A stretch of 64,000 nt of DNA from Myxococcota bacterium (GCA_036149055.1 JAYZQJ010000033.1:64001-128000), one strand, 5' to 3'; positions 36,684 to 46,578 are shown, numbered from the stretch's first letter. The notes: a model not told the origin generated them from the sequence alone. Program-made: numbers and translations.

Positions 36684-37249
36684 CCCCCTTCGACACGCTC
36701 ACCTCCCGGGTCGCGCCGCTCCTCCGCGACGACGTCGACACCGACCAGATCATCCCGGCGCGCTACCTCAAGGTCGTCGATCGCTCCGGGCTCGCCGAGG
36801 GGCTCTTCGCCGGCTGGAAGTCCGATCCCTCGTTCCCGCTGCACGAGCCGGCGACCGAAGACGCGCGCGTCCTTCTCACCGGCGCGAACTTCGGCTGCGG
36901 CTCCTCCCGGGAGCACGCGCCGTGGGCCCTGATCGCCGCCGGCTTCCGGTGCGTGATCGCGCGCTCGTTCGCGGACATCTTTCGCGGCAACGCGCTCCGG
37001 AACGGGCTGCTGACGGTGGCGCTCGACGAGGCGGATCACGCGCGGCTGGTCGCCGACGTCTCGGCGGATCCGTGGCGGGTGGTGACGGTCGCGCTCGAGC
37101 CGCAGCGCGTCCGGTGGGGCGCGGCCGAGGCTGCGTTCTCGCTCGATCCCTTCTCGAAGACCTGCCTGCTCGAGGGGCTCGACCCGCTCGGCTACCTGCT
37201 CGCCCACGACGCGGCGATCGACGCCTACGAGCGGAGGGAGGCGCCGTGA
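36680..37249 (+). CDS. leuD: 3-isopropylmalate dehydratase small subunit
   Basis: [34 protein letters not shown]. Confidence 0.97.
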   Translation: MTPFDTLTSRVAPLLRDDVDTDQIIPARYLKVVDRSGLAEGLFAGWKSDPSFPLHEPATEDARVLLTGANFGCGSSREHAPWALIAAGFRCVIARSFADIFRGNALRNGLLTVALDEADHARLVADVSADPWRVVTVALEPQRVRWGAAEAAFSLDPFSKTCLLEGLDPLGYLLAHDAAIDAYERREAP

Positions 37250-38850
37250 CCGAGCCCGCGGTGAAGCTCTACGACACCACCCTCCGCGACGGCACGCAGC
37301 GGGAGGGTCTCAGCCTGTCGGTGGGGGAGAAGCTCCGGATCCTCACCCTGCTCGACCGGCTCGGCGTCGCCTACGTCGAGGGCGGCTGGCCGGGCTCGAA
37401 CCCGAAGGACGCCGAGCTCTTCGCGCGGGCCCGGGCGCTGCCGCTCCGGCACGCGAGGCTCGCCGCGTTCGGCGCCACCCGCCGGCGGGATCTGCGGGCC
37501 GAGGACGATCCGAGCCTGCGCGCGCTGCTCGAGGCGGAGACGCCGGTGTGCACGATCTTCGGCAAGAGCTCGATCGCGCACGTGCGGGAGGTGCTCCGGG
37601 TCACGCCGGACGAGAACCTCGCGATGATCGAGGAGAGCTGCGCCCTGCTCCGCGCGGCCGGGCGCGAGGTGGTCTACGACGCCGAGCACTTCTTCGACGG
37701 CTGGGCGCTCGACCCGCGCTACGCCCTGGCCACCCTCGTGGCCGCGGCCCGCGGCGGCGCGAGCACGATCGTGCTCTGCGACACCAACGGCGGCAGCTTC
37801 CCGTGGGACGTGGAGGAGGCGACGCGCGAGGTGGTGCGCCTCGTCGGCACCCCGGTCGGGATCCACGCCCACGACGACACCGGGTGCGCGGTCGCCAACA
37901 GCCTCGCCGCGGTCCGGGCCGGCGCGCGCCACGTGCAAGGCACCATGCACGGCTGGGGGGAGCGCTGCGGCAACGCGAGCCTCTGCACCCTCGCGCCGGC
38001 CCTCGAGCTCGCGCTCGGGCTCCCGGCCCTGCCGGACGGAGCGCTCCGCACGCTCACCTCGATCGCGGCGCAGATCGGCGGCGTGGCCGGCCTCGAGGGC
38101 GACCCGCACGCGCCCTACGTCGGCCGGAGCGCCTTCGCGCACAAGGGCGGGGTGCACGTCGCCGCGACCCGGCGCTGGGCCGAGGCCTACCAGCACGTCA
38201 TGCCCGAGCTCGTCGGCAACCGGACCCGGGTGGTCGTGAGCGAGCTGAGCGGCCGGAGCAACGTGCTCTCCTTCGCCGAGGAGCGCGGGGTGGCGGTCGA
38301 GGAGTCGGTGGCGCGCGAGGTGCTGGCCGAGATCGAGCGCGAGGAGGCGGAGGGCTACAGCTTCGATCGCGCCGAGGGCTCGGTCGCGCTCCGGCTCGAG
38401 CGGCGGGCGCCGTCCTACCGCGCGCCCTTCGAGGTGGAGCGCTACCGGGTGCAGCTCGGGCGCGGCAAGGGGGAGCGCCCCTACGCCGAGGTGACGGTGT
38501 GGACGCGGATCGGCGACCGGGTGCTGCACACCGCGGGCGCGGGCCGGGGGCCGGTGGAGGCCTTCGACCGGGCGCTCCGCGAGGCCCTCGCGCCGTCCTA
38601 TCCCGAGATCGCGCGCATCCGCCTGACCGACTTCGCGGTGCGCATCCTCGACGGCGCGGCGGGCACGTCGGCCACGACGCGGGTGTGGATCGAGCATCGC
38701 CTCCAGGGCCCGAGCGCGACCGAGCAGGCCTGGGGTACGGTGGGGGCGTCGGACAACGTCATCGAGGCCGCGCGGCGCGCCCTGGTGGACGGTCTCGAGT
38801 ACGGGCTGTCGCTCGAAAGGAACGAACATGATCGTGCTGTTGCCGGGTGA
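37246..38850 (+). CDS. cimA: Citramalate synthase (LeuA paralogue)
   Basis: YDTTLRDGTQRE, EGGWPGSNPKD, DAEHFFDG, CDTNGG, FAHKGGVH, VSELSGRSN. Confidence 0.9.
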   Translation: MTEPAVKLYDTTLRDGTQREGLSLSVGEKLRILTLLDRLGVAYVEGGWPGSNPKDAELFARARALPLRHARLAAFGATRRRDLRAEDDPSLRALLEAETPVCTIFGKSSIAHVREVLRVTPDENLAMIEESCALLRAAGREVVYDAEHFFDGWALDPRYALATLVAAARGGASTIVLCDTNGGSFPWDVEEATREVVRLVGTPVGIHAHDDTGCAVANSLAAVRAGARHVQGTMHGWGERCGNASLCTLAPALELALGLPALPDGALRTLTSIAAQIGGVAGLEGDPHAPYVGRSAFAHKGGVHVAATRRWAEAYQHVMPELVGNRTRVVVSELSGRSNVLSFAEERGVAVEESVAREVLAEIEREEAEGYSFDRAEGSVALRLERRAPSYRAPFEVERYRVQLGRGKGERPYAEVTVWTRIGDRVLHTAGAGRGPVEAFDRALREALAPSYPEIARIRLTDFAVRILDGAAGTSATTRVWIEHRLQGPSATEQAWGTVGASDNVIEAARRALVDGLEYGLSLERNEHDRAVAG

Positions 38851-39865
38851 CGGAATCGGTCCGGAGGTGGTGCGCGAGGCGCGCCGGGTGCTCGAGGCGG
38901 TGGCGCCCGACCTCCGCTACGAGAACGCGCGGATCGGGGGCGAGGCGATCGACGCCTCCGGGACGGCCCTTCCGGACGAGACGCTCGACGCGTGCCGCGA
39001 GGCGGACGCGGTGCTGCTCGGCGCGGTCGGCGGCCCGAAGTGGGACGACCCGCGGGCCCGCGTCCGCCCGGAGCAGGGCCTGCTCGGGCTGCGCAAGGCG
39101 CTCGGGGTCTACGCGAACCTGCGCCCGGTGCGGGTGCCCGAGGCGATCGCGGATCGCTCGCCGCTCAAGCGCGAGAAGGTGCTCGGCGTCGACTTCGTGG
39201 TCGTGCGCGAGCTGACCGGGGGCCTCTACTTCGGCGAGCCTCGCCGCCGCGAGCGGACCGATCTCGGCGAGCGGGCCATCGACACCCTCGAGTACACCGA
39301 CGCCGAGATCGCGCGGGTGATGAAGGTGGCGTTCGAGCTCGCCGCGACGCGACGCGAGAAGGTCACCAGCGTCGACAAGGCGAACGTGCTCGAGAGCTCG
39401 CGGCTCTGGCGGGAGACGGCCGAGAAGGTGGCCGCGGGCTACGCCTCGATCGCGCTCTCGCATCAGCTCGTCGACTCGATGGCGATGCGCCTCCTGACCC
39501 ACGCCGCCGACCTCGACGTGGTGGTCACCGAGAACCTCTTCGGCGACATCCTCACCGACGAGGCGGCCGCCCTGACCGGGTCGCTGGGCGTCTTGCCCAG
39601 CGCGTCGGTGGGCGACGGCCGCCGCGGCATCTACGAGCCGATCCACGGCTCCGCGCCGGACATCGCCGGCCGCGGGGTCGCCAACCCGATCGGCGCGATC
39701 CTCAGCGCGGCGATGATGCTGCGCTGGTCCCTCGAGCGCGCCGACGCCGCCGACGCCATCGAGCGCGCGGTCGACGCCGCCCTCACCCGAGGCGCCCGCA
39801 CCGCCGATCTCGGCGGACACCTCGCCACCTCCAAGATGACCGAGCGGATCCTCTCCGAGCTCTGA
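38828..39865 (+). CDS. leuB: 3-isopropylmalate dehydrogenase
   Basis: GDGIGPEV, GAVGGPKWD, VRELTGGLYFG, VDKANVL, NLFGDIL, EPIHGSAPDIAG. Confidence 0.97.
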   Translation: MIVLLPGDGIGPEVVREARRVLEAVAPDLRYENARIGGEAIDASGTALPDETLDACREADAVLLGAVGGPKWDDPRARVRPEQGLLGLRKALGVYANLRPVRVPEAIADRSPLKREKVLGVDFVVVRELTGGLYFGEPRRRERTDLGERAIDTLEYTDAEIARVMKVAFELAATRREKVTSVDKANVLESSRLWRETAEKVAAGYASIALSHQLVDSMAMRLLTHAADLDVVVTENLFGDILTDEAAALTGSLGVLPSASVGDGRRGIYEPIHGSAPDIAGRGVANPIGAILSAAMMLRWSLERADAADAIERAVDAALTRGARTADLGGHLATSKMTERILSEL

Positions 39866-39901
39866 GACTCTTGATCTCGGTGGCGAACCGGGCATCCTCA
39901 G

Positions 39902-39922
39902 ACCACCGGTCGAACCGGTGGT
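39902..39922. promoter_or_regulatory. Palindromic operator upstream of a TetR gene
   Basis: Perfect inverted repeat ACCACCGGT-cga-ACCGGTGGT just before the SD and TTG. Confidence 0.65.
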
Positions 39923-39933
39923 TTGGAGATCGG

Positions 39934-40551
39934 TTGCCGCTGCCTCGCTTCGAGAAGCTCCCGAAAGAGAAACGTCGCGCCATCCTCGCCGCGGCCACCC
40001 ACGAGTTCGCCGAGCACGGGTTCGAGGGCGCCTCGTTCAATCGCATCATCGCCGCCGCCGGGATCAGCAAGGGCGCGATGTACTACTACTTCGCCGACAA
40101 GGCGGACGCCTACGCGTCGGTGATCGAGGACGTCTTCGACCAGCTCGGCGAGGCGCTCTCGGATCTCGCGCTGCCCGACGACGCCGAGCAGTTCTGGACC
40201 TGGCTGGAGGAGGGCTCGACCCGGCTGAACGAGACCTTCGGCCAGGACGAGGAGCTCTCCAAGCTCAGCCGCGGGCTCTACTCGAGCGTGAGCGCCGACC
40301 CGACCTACCGCCGGATCCTCGCCCGCGGGCGGGAGCACGTCGAGTCCATCCTCGCGCGCGGGCAGGCCCTCGGCGCGGTGCGGGACGACCTGCCGCTCGA
40401 GCTGCTCGCCGACGCTACGCTCGGCATGATCGTGGCCGTCGACCGCTGGTTCACCGACGAGATGGAGACGCGCCCGATGGACGAGCTCCTGGCGATGGGC
40501 ACGAAGGTCCTCGGCATGGTCCGGGACATGCTCGAGCGACGCCCGCGGTAG
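39934..40551 (+). CDS. TetR/AcrR family transcriptional regulator
   Basis: RFEKLPKEKRRAILAAA..EFAEHGF..AS...I...AGISKGAMYYYF; TTG start after GGAG. Confidence 0.9.
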   Translation: MPLPRFEKLPKEKRRAILAAATHEFAEHGFEGASFNRIIAAAGISKGAMYYYFADKADAYASVIEDVFDQLGEALSDLALPDDAEQFWTWLEEGSTRLNETFGQDEELSKLSRGLYSSVSADPTYRRILARGREHVESILARGQALGAVRDDLPLELLADATLGMIVAVDRWFTDEMETRPMDELLAMGTKVLGMVRDMLERRPR

Positions 40552-40562
40552 CCCGCGCCCGG

Positions 40563-40613
40563 TTGACAGCCGACATAACAGCGTTACGTAATGTGGCATA
40601 ACGCTGTTATGTC
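40563..40613 (+). promoter_or_regulatory. Sigma70 promoter overlapped by two palindromic operators
   Basis: TTGACA at 40563 and CGTAAT 18 bp later; CATAAC-agc-GTTACG (40574-40588) and CATAAC-gct-GTTATG (40597-40611). Confidence 0.75.
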
Positions 40614-41187
40614 CGACGACTGGATCGACACCGTCTACGAGGCCCTGCGCCGGCGCGAGCTGGACGACGCGGATCTGTCCGCGCGGCGGGTGAGCGCGCT
40701 GCTCGGCAAGACGACCGGCGCCCTCTACCACCGCTGGGGGTCGCTCGACGGCTTCCTCTTCGCGGTGAGCCAGCGCGGCTTCGTCGCCCTGCGCGAGGCG
40801 CTGGAGGCGGCGTTCGCCAGTCGCGGGGACCTCGGGGACGTCGCCGAGGCGTTCGTCGACTTCGGGCTCGACCACCCGGAGCTCTACCCGCTGATGTTCG
40901 AGCGTCGCTACGACTGGGACGCGCTGCGGGCCGCCGGGGTGTTCGACCGGGAGATCGCCTCGGGCGCGCTCTGGGACGCGATGGCCTGCGTGCTCTCGGA
41001 GGCGGGCTGCGCCGACGTGGCCCGGGACGGTCGCCTGCTGTGGGCGGGGCTGCACGGCCTCGTCTCCCTCGCCGCCAGCGGACGCGCGAACGTCCGCGCC
41101 CTCGACCGGAGCGACCGCGACGTCGCCCGCGAAGCCGCGCGCGCCCTCGCGCGACGGCTGCTCGAAACCACGGAGAAGCCCGAATGA
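40609..41187 (+). CDS. TetR family regulator with WHG-type C-terminal domain
   Basis: HTH LSARRVSALLGKTTGALYHRWGS; HPELYPLMF; LWAGLHGLVSL. Confidence 0.85.
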   Translation: MSDDWIDTVYEALRRRELDDADLSARRVSALLGKTTGALYHRWGSLDGFLFAVSQRGFVALREALEAAFASRGDLGDVAEAFVDFGLDHPELYPLMFERRYDWDALRAAGVFDREIASGALWDAMACVLSEAGCADVARDGRLLWAGLHGLVSLAASGRANVRALDRSDRDVAREAARALARRLLETTEKPE

Positions 41188-42449
41188 CGATCGACCGCCC
41201 CCTCACCCTGCCCAACGGGCAGCGCCTGCCGAACCGCCTGGCCAAGAGCGCGATGAGCGAGCGCGTGGCCACCCCGGACGGCCGCCCGACGCCCGCCCAC
41301 CTGCGCCTCTACGAGCGCTGGGGCGGGGGCGGCGCCGGCCTGCTGATCACCGGCAACGTGATGGTCGACGGGCGCGCGATCGGCGAGAGCGGCAACGTGG
41401 TCGTCGAGGACCGGCGCCACCTCGCGGAGCTCTCCGCGTGGGCGCGCGCGGCGAAGGCGGGCGGCGCCAAGATGTGGGCCCAGATCAACCACCCGGGCCG
41501 TCAGTCCCCGCGGAACCTGTCGAAGCAGCCGGTCGCGCCGAGCGCGGTCGCCCTGAAGGGCGCGGGCCCGATGTTCGCCAGGCCGCGCGCGCTCGAGAGC
41601 GAGGAGATCGAGGACCTCGTGCGCCGCTTCGCCGCCACCGCCGCCATCTGCGAAGAGGCGGGCTTCGACGGGGTGCAGATCCACGGCGCGCACGGCTACC
41701 TGGTCAGCCAGTTCCTCTCGCCCCGCACCAACCTCCGCGACGACGCGTGGGGCGGGGACGCGGCCCGGCGGCGGCGCTTCCTGCTCGAGATCGTGAGGGC
41801 GGTGCGCGGCGCGGTCTCTCCCGGCTTCGCGGTCGGGCTCAAGCTGAACAGCGCCGACTTCCAGCGCGGCGGCTTCGACGAGGAGGAGTCGATGGCGGTG
41901 CTCGAGGCGGTCGACGCCGAGGGCCTCGACCTGCTCGAGATCTCGGGCGGCACCTACGAGTCGGCCAAGATGTTCGAGGAGACGGTGCCCACCCGCGAGA
42001 GCTCGCGGGCCCGGGAGGCGTTCTTCCTGGACTACGCCGAGCAGGCCCGGGCCCGGGTGAAGACGCCGCTGATGCTCACCGGGGGCTTCCGCACCCGCGA
42101 CGGCATGGAGCACGCGCTCGAGGGCGCGGTCGACGTGGTCGGCCTCGCGCGCCCCCTCGCCGCCGAGCCCGATCTCGCCCGTCGTCTGCTCGAGGGCGAG
42201 GCGACCCGGGCGCGCCCGATCCGGATCGCCACCGGGATCGCGAACCTCGACGCGCTCGTCCAGGGCGCCTGGTACCAGGTGCAGATCGACCGCATGGGCC
42301 GCGGGCTCGAGCCCGACCCGGGCACCACGCGGCTGTGGGCGTTCCTTCGCTACTTCCTGCCGCGCTACGCGCCCGCGTGGGCCGAGGCCCCGACCCTTCA
42401 GCCGCACTCGGCGGGGGACCGGGCCGCTCCGCCGCCGATCGCCGGGTAG
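41184..42449 (+). CDS. NADH:flavin oxidoreductase (old yellow enzyme family)
   Basis: NRLAKSAMSE, QINHPGRQ, GFDGVQIHGAHGYLVSQFLSP..N.R.D.WGG, KLNSADFQRGG. Confidence 0.93.
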   Translation: MTIDRPLTLPNGQRLPNRLAKSAMSERVATPDGRPTPAHLRLYERWGGGGAGLLITGNVMVDGRAIGESGNVVVEDRRHLAELSAWARAAKAGGAKMWAQINHPGRQSPRNLSKQPVAPSAVALKGAGPMFARPRALESEEIEDLVRRFAATAAICEEAGFDGVQIHGAHGYLVSQFLSPRTNLRDDAWGGDAARRRRFLLEIVRAVRGAVSPGFAVGLKLNSADFQRGGFDEEESMAVLEAVDAEGLDLLEISGGTYESAKMFEETVPTRESSRAREAFFLDYAEQARARVKTPLMLTGGFRTRDGMEHALEGAVDVVGLARPLAAEPDLARRLLEGEATRARPIRIATGIANLDALVQGAWYQVQIDRMGRGLEPDPGTTRLWAFLRYFLPRYAPAWAEAPTLQPHSAGDRAAPPPIAG

Positions 42450-43450
42450 CCGAGCGCGTTCCAGCGGGTCATGCCGCCCGCCATCGAGACGACGCGGGTG
42501 AAGCCGGCCTCGGCGAGGCGCTCCGCGGCGCGGGCCGAGCGGCCGCCGCTCCGGCAGAAGACCACCACCGTGCGCTCGTCGGGCGCGCCGAGCGCGGCGG
42601 GCAGCGTGGCGAGCGGGTGGTGCTCGGCCCCGGGCATCGCGCCGAGGGGGCCCCGGAGCTCGTCCGCCTCGCGCACGTCCACCAGGCGCAGCCCCTCGGC
42701 GTGCTCGCGCACCCACTCCTCGCTCACCTCGACCACGCCCTCGGGCGGCTGCTCGATCCCGCAGCGGAGGTTGGCGGGGACGGCGACGTGGATCTGCTTG
42801 GGCTGCGCCAGGTCGAGGTTCTCCATGATCTCCACGAACGCCGCGCGGCCGATGTCCTCGCGGAGGCGCCGGTTGAGCCGCTTCTCCTCGCCGACGGTGC
42901 TCGAGGTGAAGCCGCGGTAGTCGTGCCCCGGGTAGATCGGCGTCTCGTCGGGGAGCGAGAAGATCCGGCGGTGCACCGAGTCGTAGAGGCGCTCGGCGTC
43001 CCCCTGCTGGAAGTCGGTGCGGCCGCAGCCGCGGATCAGCATCGTGTCGCCGGTGAAGGCGGCGAGCGGCCGGCCCCCCTCGCGCACGACGTAGGTCACG
43101 TCGCCGTCGGTGTGCCCGGGCGTGTGGCGCGCCTCGATCTCGAGGCGACCGAGCCGCAGCACCTCGCCGTCCTCGACCAGCCGGTCGGGGCAGCCCGCTC
43201 CCGCGGCCGCGCTGAGCACGGTCTCGGCGCCGAGGCGCTCGCGGAGGAGCCCGCTCGCGGTCACGTGGTCGGCGTGCACGTGGGTCTCGAGGGCGTAGAC
43301 GAGGGTGAGATCGAGCTCGGCGAGGAGCTCGACGTCGCGCTCGACCTGCTCGCGGACGGCGTCGATGAGCGCCGCCTCGCGCGTCTCCTCGTCGGCGACG
43401 AGGTAGGTGTAGGTGCTGGACGCGTGGTCGAAGAGCTGTCGGAAGAGCAT
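42398..43450 (-). CDS. Persulfide dioxygenase (ETHE1-like MBL fold) fused to rhodanese
   Basis: FRQLFD..SSTYTYL, ETHVHADHVT, TPGHT, GCGRTDFQQG, PGHDY, AVPANLRCG; C-terminal rhodanese CRSGGRS. Confidence 0.93.
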   Translation of the reverse strand: MLFRQLFDHASSTYTYLVADEETREAALIDAVREQVERDVELLAELDLTLVYALETHVHADHVTASGLLRERLGAETVLSAAAGAGCPDRLVEDGEVLRLGRLEIEARHTPGHTDGDVTYVVREGGRPLAAFTGDTMLIRGCGRTDFQQGDAERLYDSVHRRIFSLPDETPIYPGHDYRGFTSSTVGEEKRLNRRLREDIGRAAFVEIMENLDLAQPKQIHVAVPANLRCGIEQPPEGVVEVSEEWVREHAEGLRLVDVREADELRGPLGAMPGAEHHPLATLPAALGAPDERTVVVFCRSGGRSARAAERLAEAGFTRVVSMAGGMTRWNALGYPAIGGGAARSPAECG

Positions 43451-43475
43451 GGCGTCTCCTTTCGACGAGGGGAAG

Positions 43476-43549
43476 TGCACGCGCCGCGCCACCCGGGCCG
43501 GGCGAGCCCGCGGGGACCGGGTGAAACGGGTTGAAACACCGCGCGGACC
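43476..43549 (-). promoter_or_regulatory. Putative sigma54 promoter plus upstream activator motif for persulfide dioxygenase
   Basis: Minus strand GGTCCG-N6-GTTTCA-N4-GTTTCA, then 30 bp, then TGGCGCGGCGCGTGCA (GG-N10-GC). Confidence 0.7.
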
Positions 43550-43574
43550 CGGTCGGCGTGCGTATGATGCGGGC

Positions 43575-44915
43575 GTGCCCGACCCCGTCCCTCATCTCCG
43601 CGCCGCCCTCCGCGAGGTCGTGGGGGCCGCCCTGGTCCTCGACGCGCAGCTCCGGATCGTCGCCTTCACCGACGAGGCGGTGGGCGTGCTCGACGTCACC
43701 CCGGAGCTCGGCGTCCCCGCGCCCAAGCTCCTCTGCGGGCACGGCGAGCAGCGCCCGCTCGCCGAGGCGCTCGCCCAGGGCCAGGCGGTCACCGCCGAGA
43801 TCCTCCGGCCGACGAAGGACGGCGCCCACCGCAGCGTGAGGGTGCGCGCGAGCCCGATCGCGGTCGGCGACGGTCAGGGCTTCCTGCTGCTGCTCGACGA
43901 CGACCTGTGGCAGGCCGAGCGCGCCGACGCGCCGATCGAGAGCTGGGGCATCGTCACCCGCGACGCCGGCATGAAGCAGCTCCTCCGCGACGTGCGCAAG
44001 GTGGCCGGCTCGAGCGCGAGCGTGCTCGTCCGGGGCGAGACCGGCAGCGGCAAGGAGCTGATCGCGCGCGCGATCCACCTCGCCTCGGCGCGCGCCGCCG
44101 GGCCCGTCCGCGCCATCAACTGCGCGGCGCTCCCGGCGAGCATCCTCGAGAGCGAGCTGTTCGGGCACGCGCGCGGCGCGTTCACCGGCGCGGTCCGGGA
44201 CGCGCCCGGGCACTTCAAGCTCGCCGACGGAGGCACCCTCTTCCTCGACGAGGTGGCGGAGCTTCCTCTCGAAGTGCAAGCGAAGCTGCTGCGCGTGCTC
44301 CAGGACAAGACCGTGATCCCGGTGGGCGGCGCCGACCCGGTCCCGGTCGACGTGCGCATCGTCTCGGCGACCCACCGGGCGCTGCGGCGCGAGGTCGAGG
44401 AGGGGCGGTTCCGCGCCGACCTGCTCTACCGCCTGCGCGTGATCCCGCTCTTCCTCCCCACGCTCCGGCAGCGGCCGGCCGACGTGGAGCTGCTCGCCTG
44501 GCACTTCCTCGAGCAGCGCGCCGCCGAGGAGGGAGGCCGCGCCATCCAGCGCATCACGCCGGGCGCGCTCGCCGCGCTGACCGACTACGACTGGCCGGGC
44601 AACGTGCGCGAGCTGCAGAACGTGATCGAGTACGCGACCGTCATGGGCGAGGGCCCGGTGCTCGCCGAGAGCGACCTGCCCCCCGAGGTGCGCGGCGAGG
44701 AGCGAGGCCCGCGGGTGACCCGCCCCGATCCCGGGCTGACCGCGCTCCGGGCCGAGCTGCCGCCGGAGGCGCGCCGCTACCTGACCGCGCTCGAGCGCTC
44801 CGGCGGGCACATGGGGCGCGCCGCGCAGTCCCTCGGCATCAGCCGCACCACGCTGTGGCGCAAGCTCAAGAAGCACGGCCTCGACCGGGACACCCTCGAG
44901 GCGGGGGAGGACTGA
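43575..44915 (+). CDS. Sigma54-dependent enhancer-binding protein (PAS-like, AAA+, Fis HTH)
   Basis: GETGSGKE, ESELFGH..GAFTGA, LFLDEV, WPGNVRELQN, LGISRTTLWRK. TATGAT ends 6 nt before the GTG (possibly leaderless). Confidence 0.95.
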   Translation: MPDPVPHLRAALREVVGAALVLDAQLRIVAFTDEAVGVLDVTPELGVPAPKLLCGHGEQRPLAEALAQGQAVTAEILRPTKDGAHRSVRVRASPIAVGDGQGFLLLLDDDLWQAERADAPIESWGIVTRDAGMKQLLRDVRKVAGSSASVLVRGETGSGKELIARAIHLASARAAGPVRAINCAALPASILESELFGHARGAFTGAVRDAPGHFKLADGGTLFLDEVAELPLEVQAKLLRVLQDKTVIPVGGADPVPVDVRIVSATHRALRREVEEGRFRADLLYRLRVIPLFLPTLRQRPADVELLAWHFLEQRAAEEGGRAIQRITPGALAALTDYDWPGNVRELQNVIEYATVMGEGPVLAESDLPPEVRGEERGPRVTRPDPGLTALRAELPPEARRYLTALERSGGHMGRAAQSLGISRTTLWRKLKKHGLDRDTLEAGED

Positions 44916-44916
44916 G

Positions 44917-46578
44917 GTGCAGATCCTCGTCACCGGCGCGACGTCGGGCATCGGCGAGCACACCGTGCGGGCCCTGGCGAAGGACGGCCACCGGGTCTTC
45001 GCCACCGGTCGCTCGCCGGAGAAGCTCGAGCGCCTGCGGAGAGACGGCCTCGAGACCCTGCGGCTCGACGTCGCCGATCCGCGCTCGGTCGAGGAGGCGG
45101 CGGAGACCGTGCGGGCGCGCTGCGGCGCCCTCGACGTGCTGGTGAACAACGCCGGCTATGGCGAGATGGGCCCGCTCGAGGCGCTGCCGCCGGAGCGGGT
45201 CGAGGCGATGTTCGAGACGAACGTGCTCGGCGCCGCCCGCACCCTCCGGGCGTTCGCCCCGGCGATGCGGGCCCGACGTCGCGGCCGGATCGTGCAGATC
45301 TCGAGCGTGCTCGGGTCGATGTCGATGCCGGGCCACGGCGCGTACGCGGCGACGAAGCACGCGCTCGAGGCCATGAGCGCGGCGCTCCGGCTGGAGCTCG
45401 CGCCGTTCGGCGTCGGCGTGCACGTCATCGCGCCCGGCTCGATCGACACGGGCTTCGGGGGCGTGGCCTTCGGCGCGCTCGAGGCCCTCGACGGCGGCGA
45501 CTACGCGCCGATGGTCCGCGCCCTCCGCGCGCTCGAGCGACCCAACACCTGGATGAGCGCGGGCCCGGCGGTGGTGGTGGACGCGATCCGCCGCGTGATC
45601 GCGGGCCGGGGCGGGGCCCATCGGCACGCCCCGTCGCTCGCCGGCGTCCAGGCCGCCCTCGGACGCCACGCCGGGCCCCTCGTCGACGCCACCCTCGCTC
45701 GCGCCGCCGGGCTGCACCGCGTGGAGCGCCGCGCGCCTGCGCCCCGGGCCGCGGTCGCGGTGGTCACCGGCGCGGCCGGCGGGATCGGGCGCGCCGCGTC
45801 CTTCCGGCTCGCGCAGGCCGGCTTCTCGGTGGTGGCCACCGACGTGAACGAGGCGGCGCTCGCCGACGTGGCCCGAGCGGCGCGGGAGCAGCGCCTCGCG
45901 ATCGAGACGCGCCCCCTCGACGTGACCGACGCCGCGGCGGCGCGCCGGCTGGCGGACGCGCTCGGCCCGGTGGAGGTGCTGGTGAACAACGCCGGCTACG
46001 CGGAGCTCGGCCCGGTCGAGCTCGCGCCCGACGAGGCGTGGCGGGCCCAGCTGCGGGTGAACGTGCACGGCCTGCTCGGCGTCACCCGCGCGTTCGCGCC
46101 GGGCATGCGCGCCCGGGGCCGCGGCCGCGTCGTCAACGTCTCGAGCGTCGCCGGGATCATCGGCTTCCCGCTCATGGGCGTCTACTGCGCGAGCAAGCAC
46201 GCGGTGGAGGCGCTCACCGACGCGCTCCGGCTCGAGCTCGGCGCGTTCGGGATCGAGGTCTCCGCCGTGCAGCCGGCGTTCATCCGGAGCGGCTTCGCCG
46301 AGACCGCGAAGAAGACGATCGCGCGCTACGACCTCGCCTCGACGCCCTACGCGCCGGTGGCCGAGGAGATGGACGCGATCCTGGCCCGCCTCGACGCGGT
46401 GGGCGGCGAGCCGGACGACGTGGCCCGGGCGATCGTACGGGCGAGCCGGGAGCCCTCCCCGGCCCGGCGCTACCGCGCGCCCGCCTCCGCCGCGATCGCC
46501 GCGTCCGTGTTCCCGTGGCTGCCGACGGCGATGACCGACGCGGCGCTCGGCCGGATGTTCGCGCTCGAGCGGCTATGA
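44917..46578 (+). CDS. Tandem double short-chain dehydrogenase/reductase
   Basis: Two complete SDR units: TGATSGIG/NNAG/YAATK and TGAAGGIG/NNAG/YCASK. Confidence 0.9.
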   Translation: MQILVTGATSGIGEHTVRALAKDGHRVFATGRSPEKLERLRRDGLETLRLDVADPRSVEEAAETVRARCGALDVLVNNAGYGEMGPLEALPPERVEAMFETNVLGAARTLRAFAPAMRARRRGRIVQISSVLGSMSMPGHGAYAATKHALEAMSAALRLELAPFGVGVHVIAPGSIDTGFGGVAFGALEALDGGDYAPMVRALRALERPNTWMSAGPAVVVDAIRRVIAGRGGAHRHAPSLAGVQAALGRHAGPLVDATLARAAGLHRVERRAPAPRAAVAVVTGAAGGIGRAASFRLAQAGFSVVATDVNEAALADVARAAREQRLAIETRPLDVTDAAAARRLADALGPVEVLVNNAGYAELGPVELAPDEAWRAQLRVNVHGLLGVTRAFAPGMRARGRGRVVNVSSVAGIIGFPLMGVYCASKHAVEALTDALRLELGAFGIEVSAVQPAFIRSGFAETAKKTIARYDLASTPYAPVAEEMDAILARLDAVGGEPDDVARAIVRASREPSPARRYRAPASAAIAASVFPWLPTAMTDAALGRMFALERL

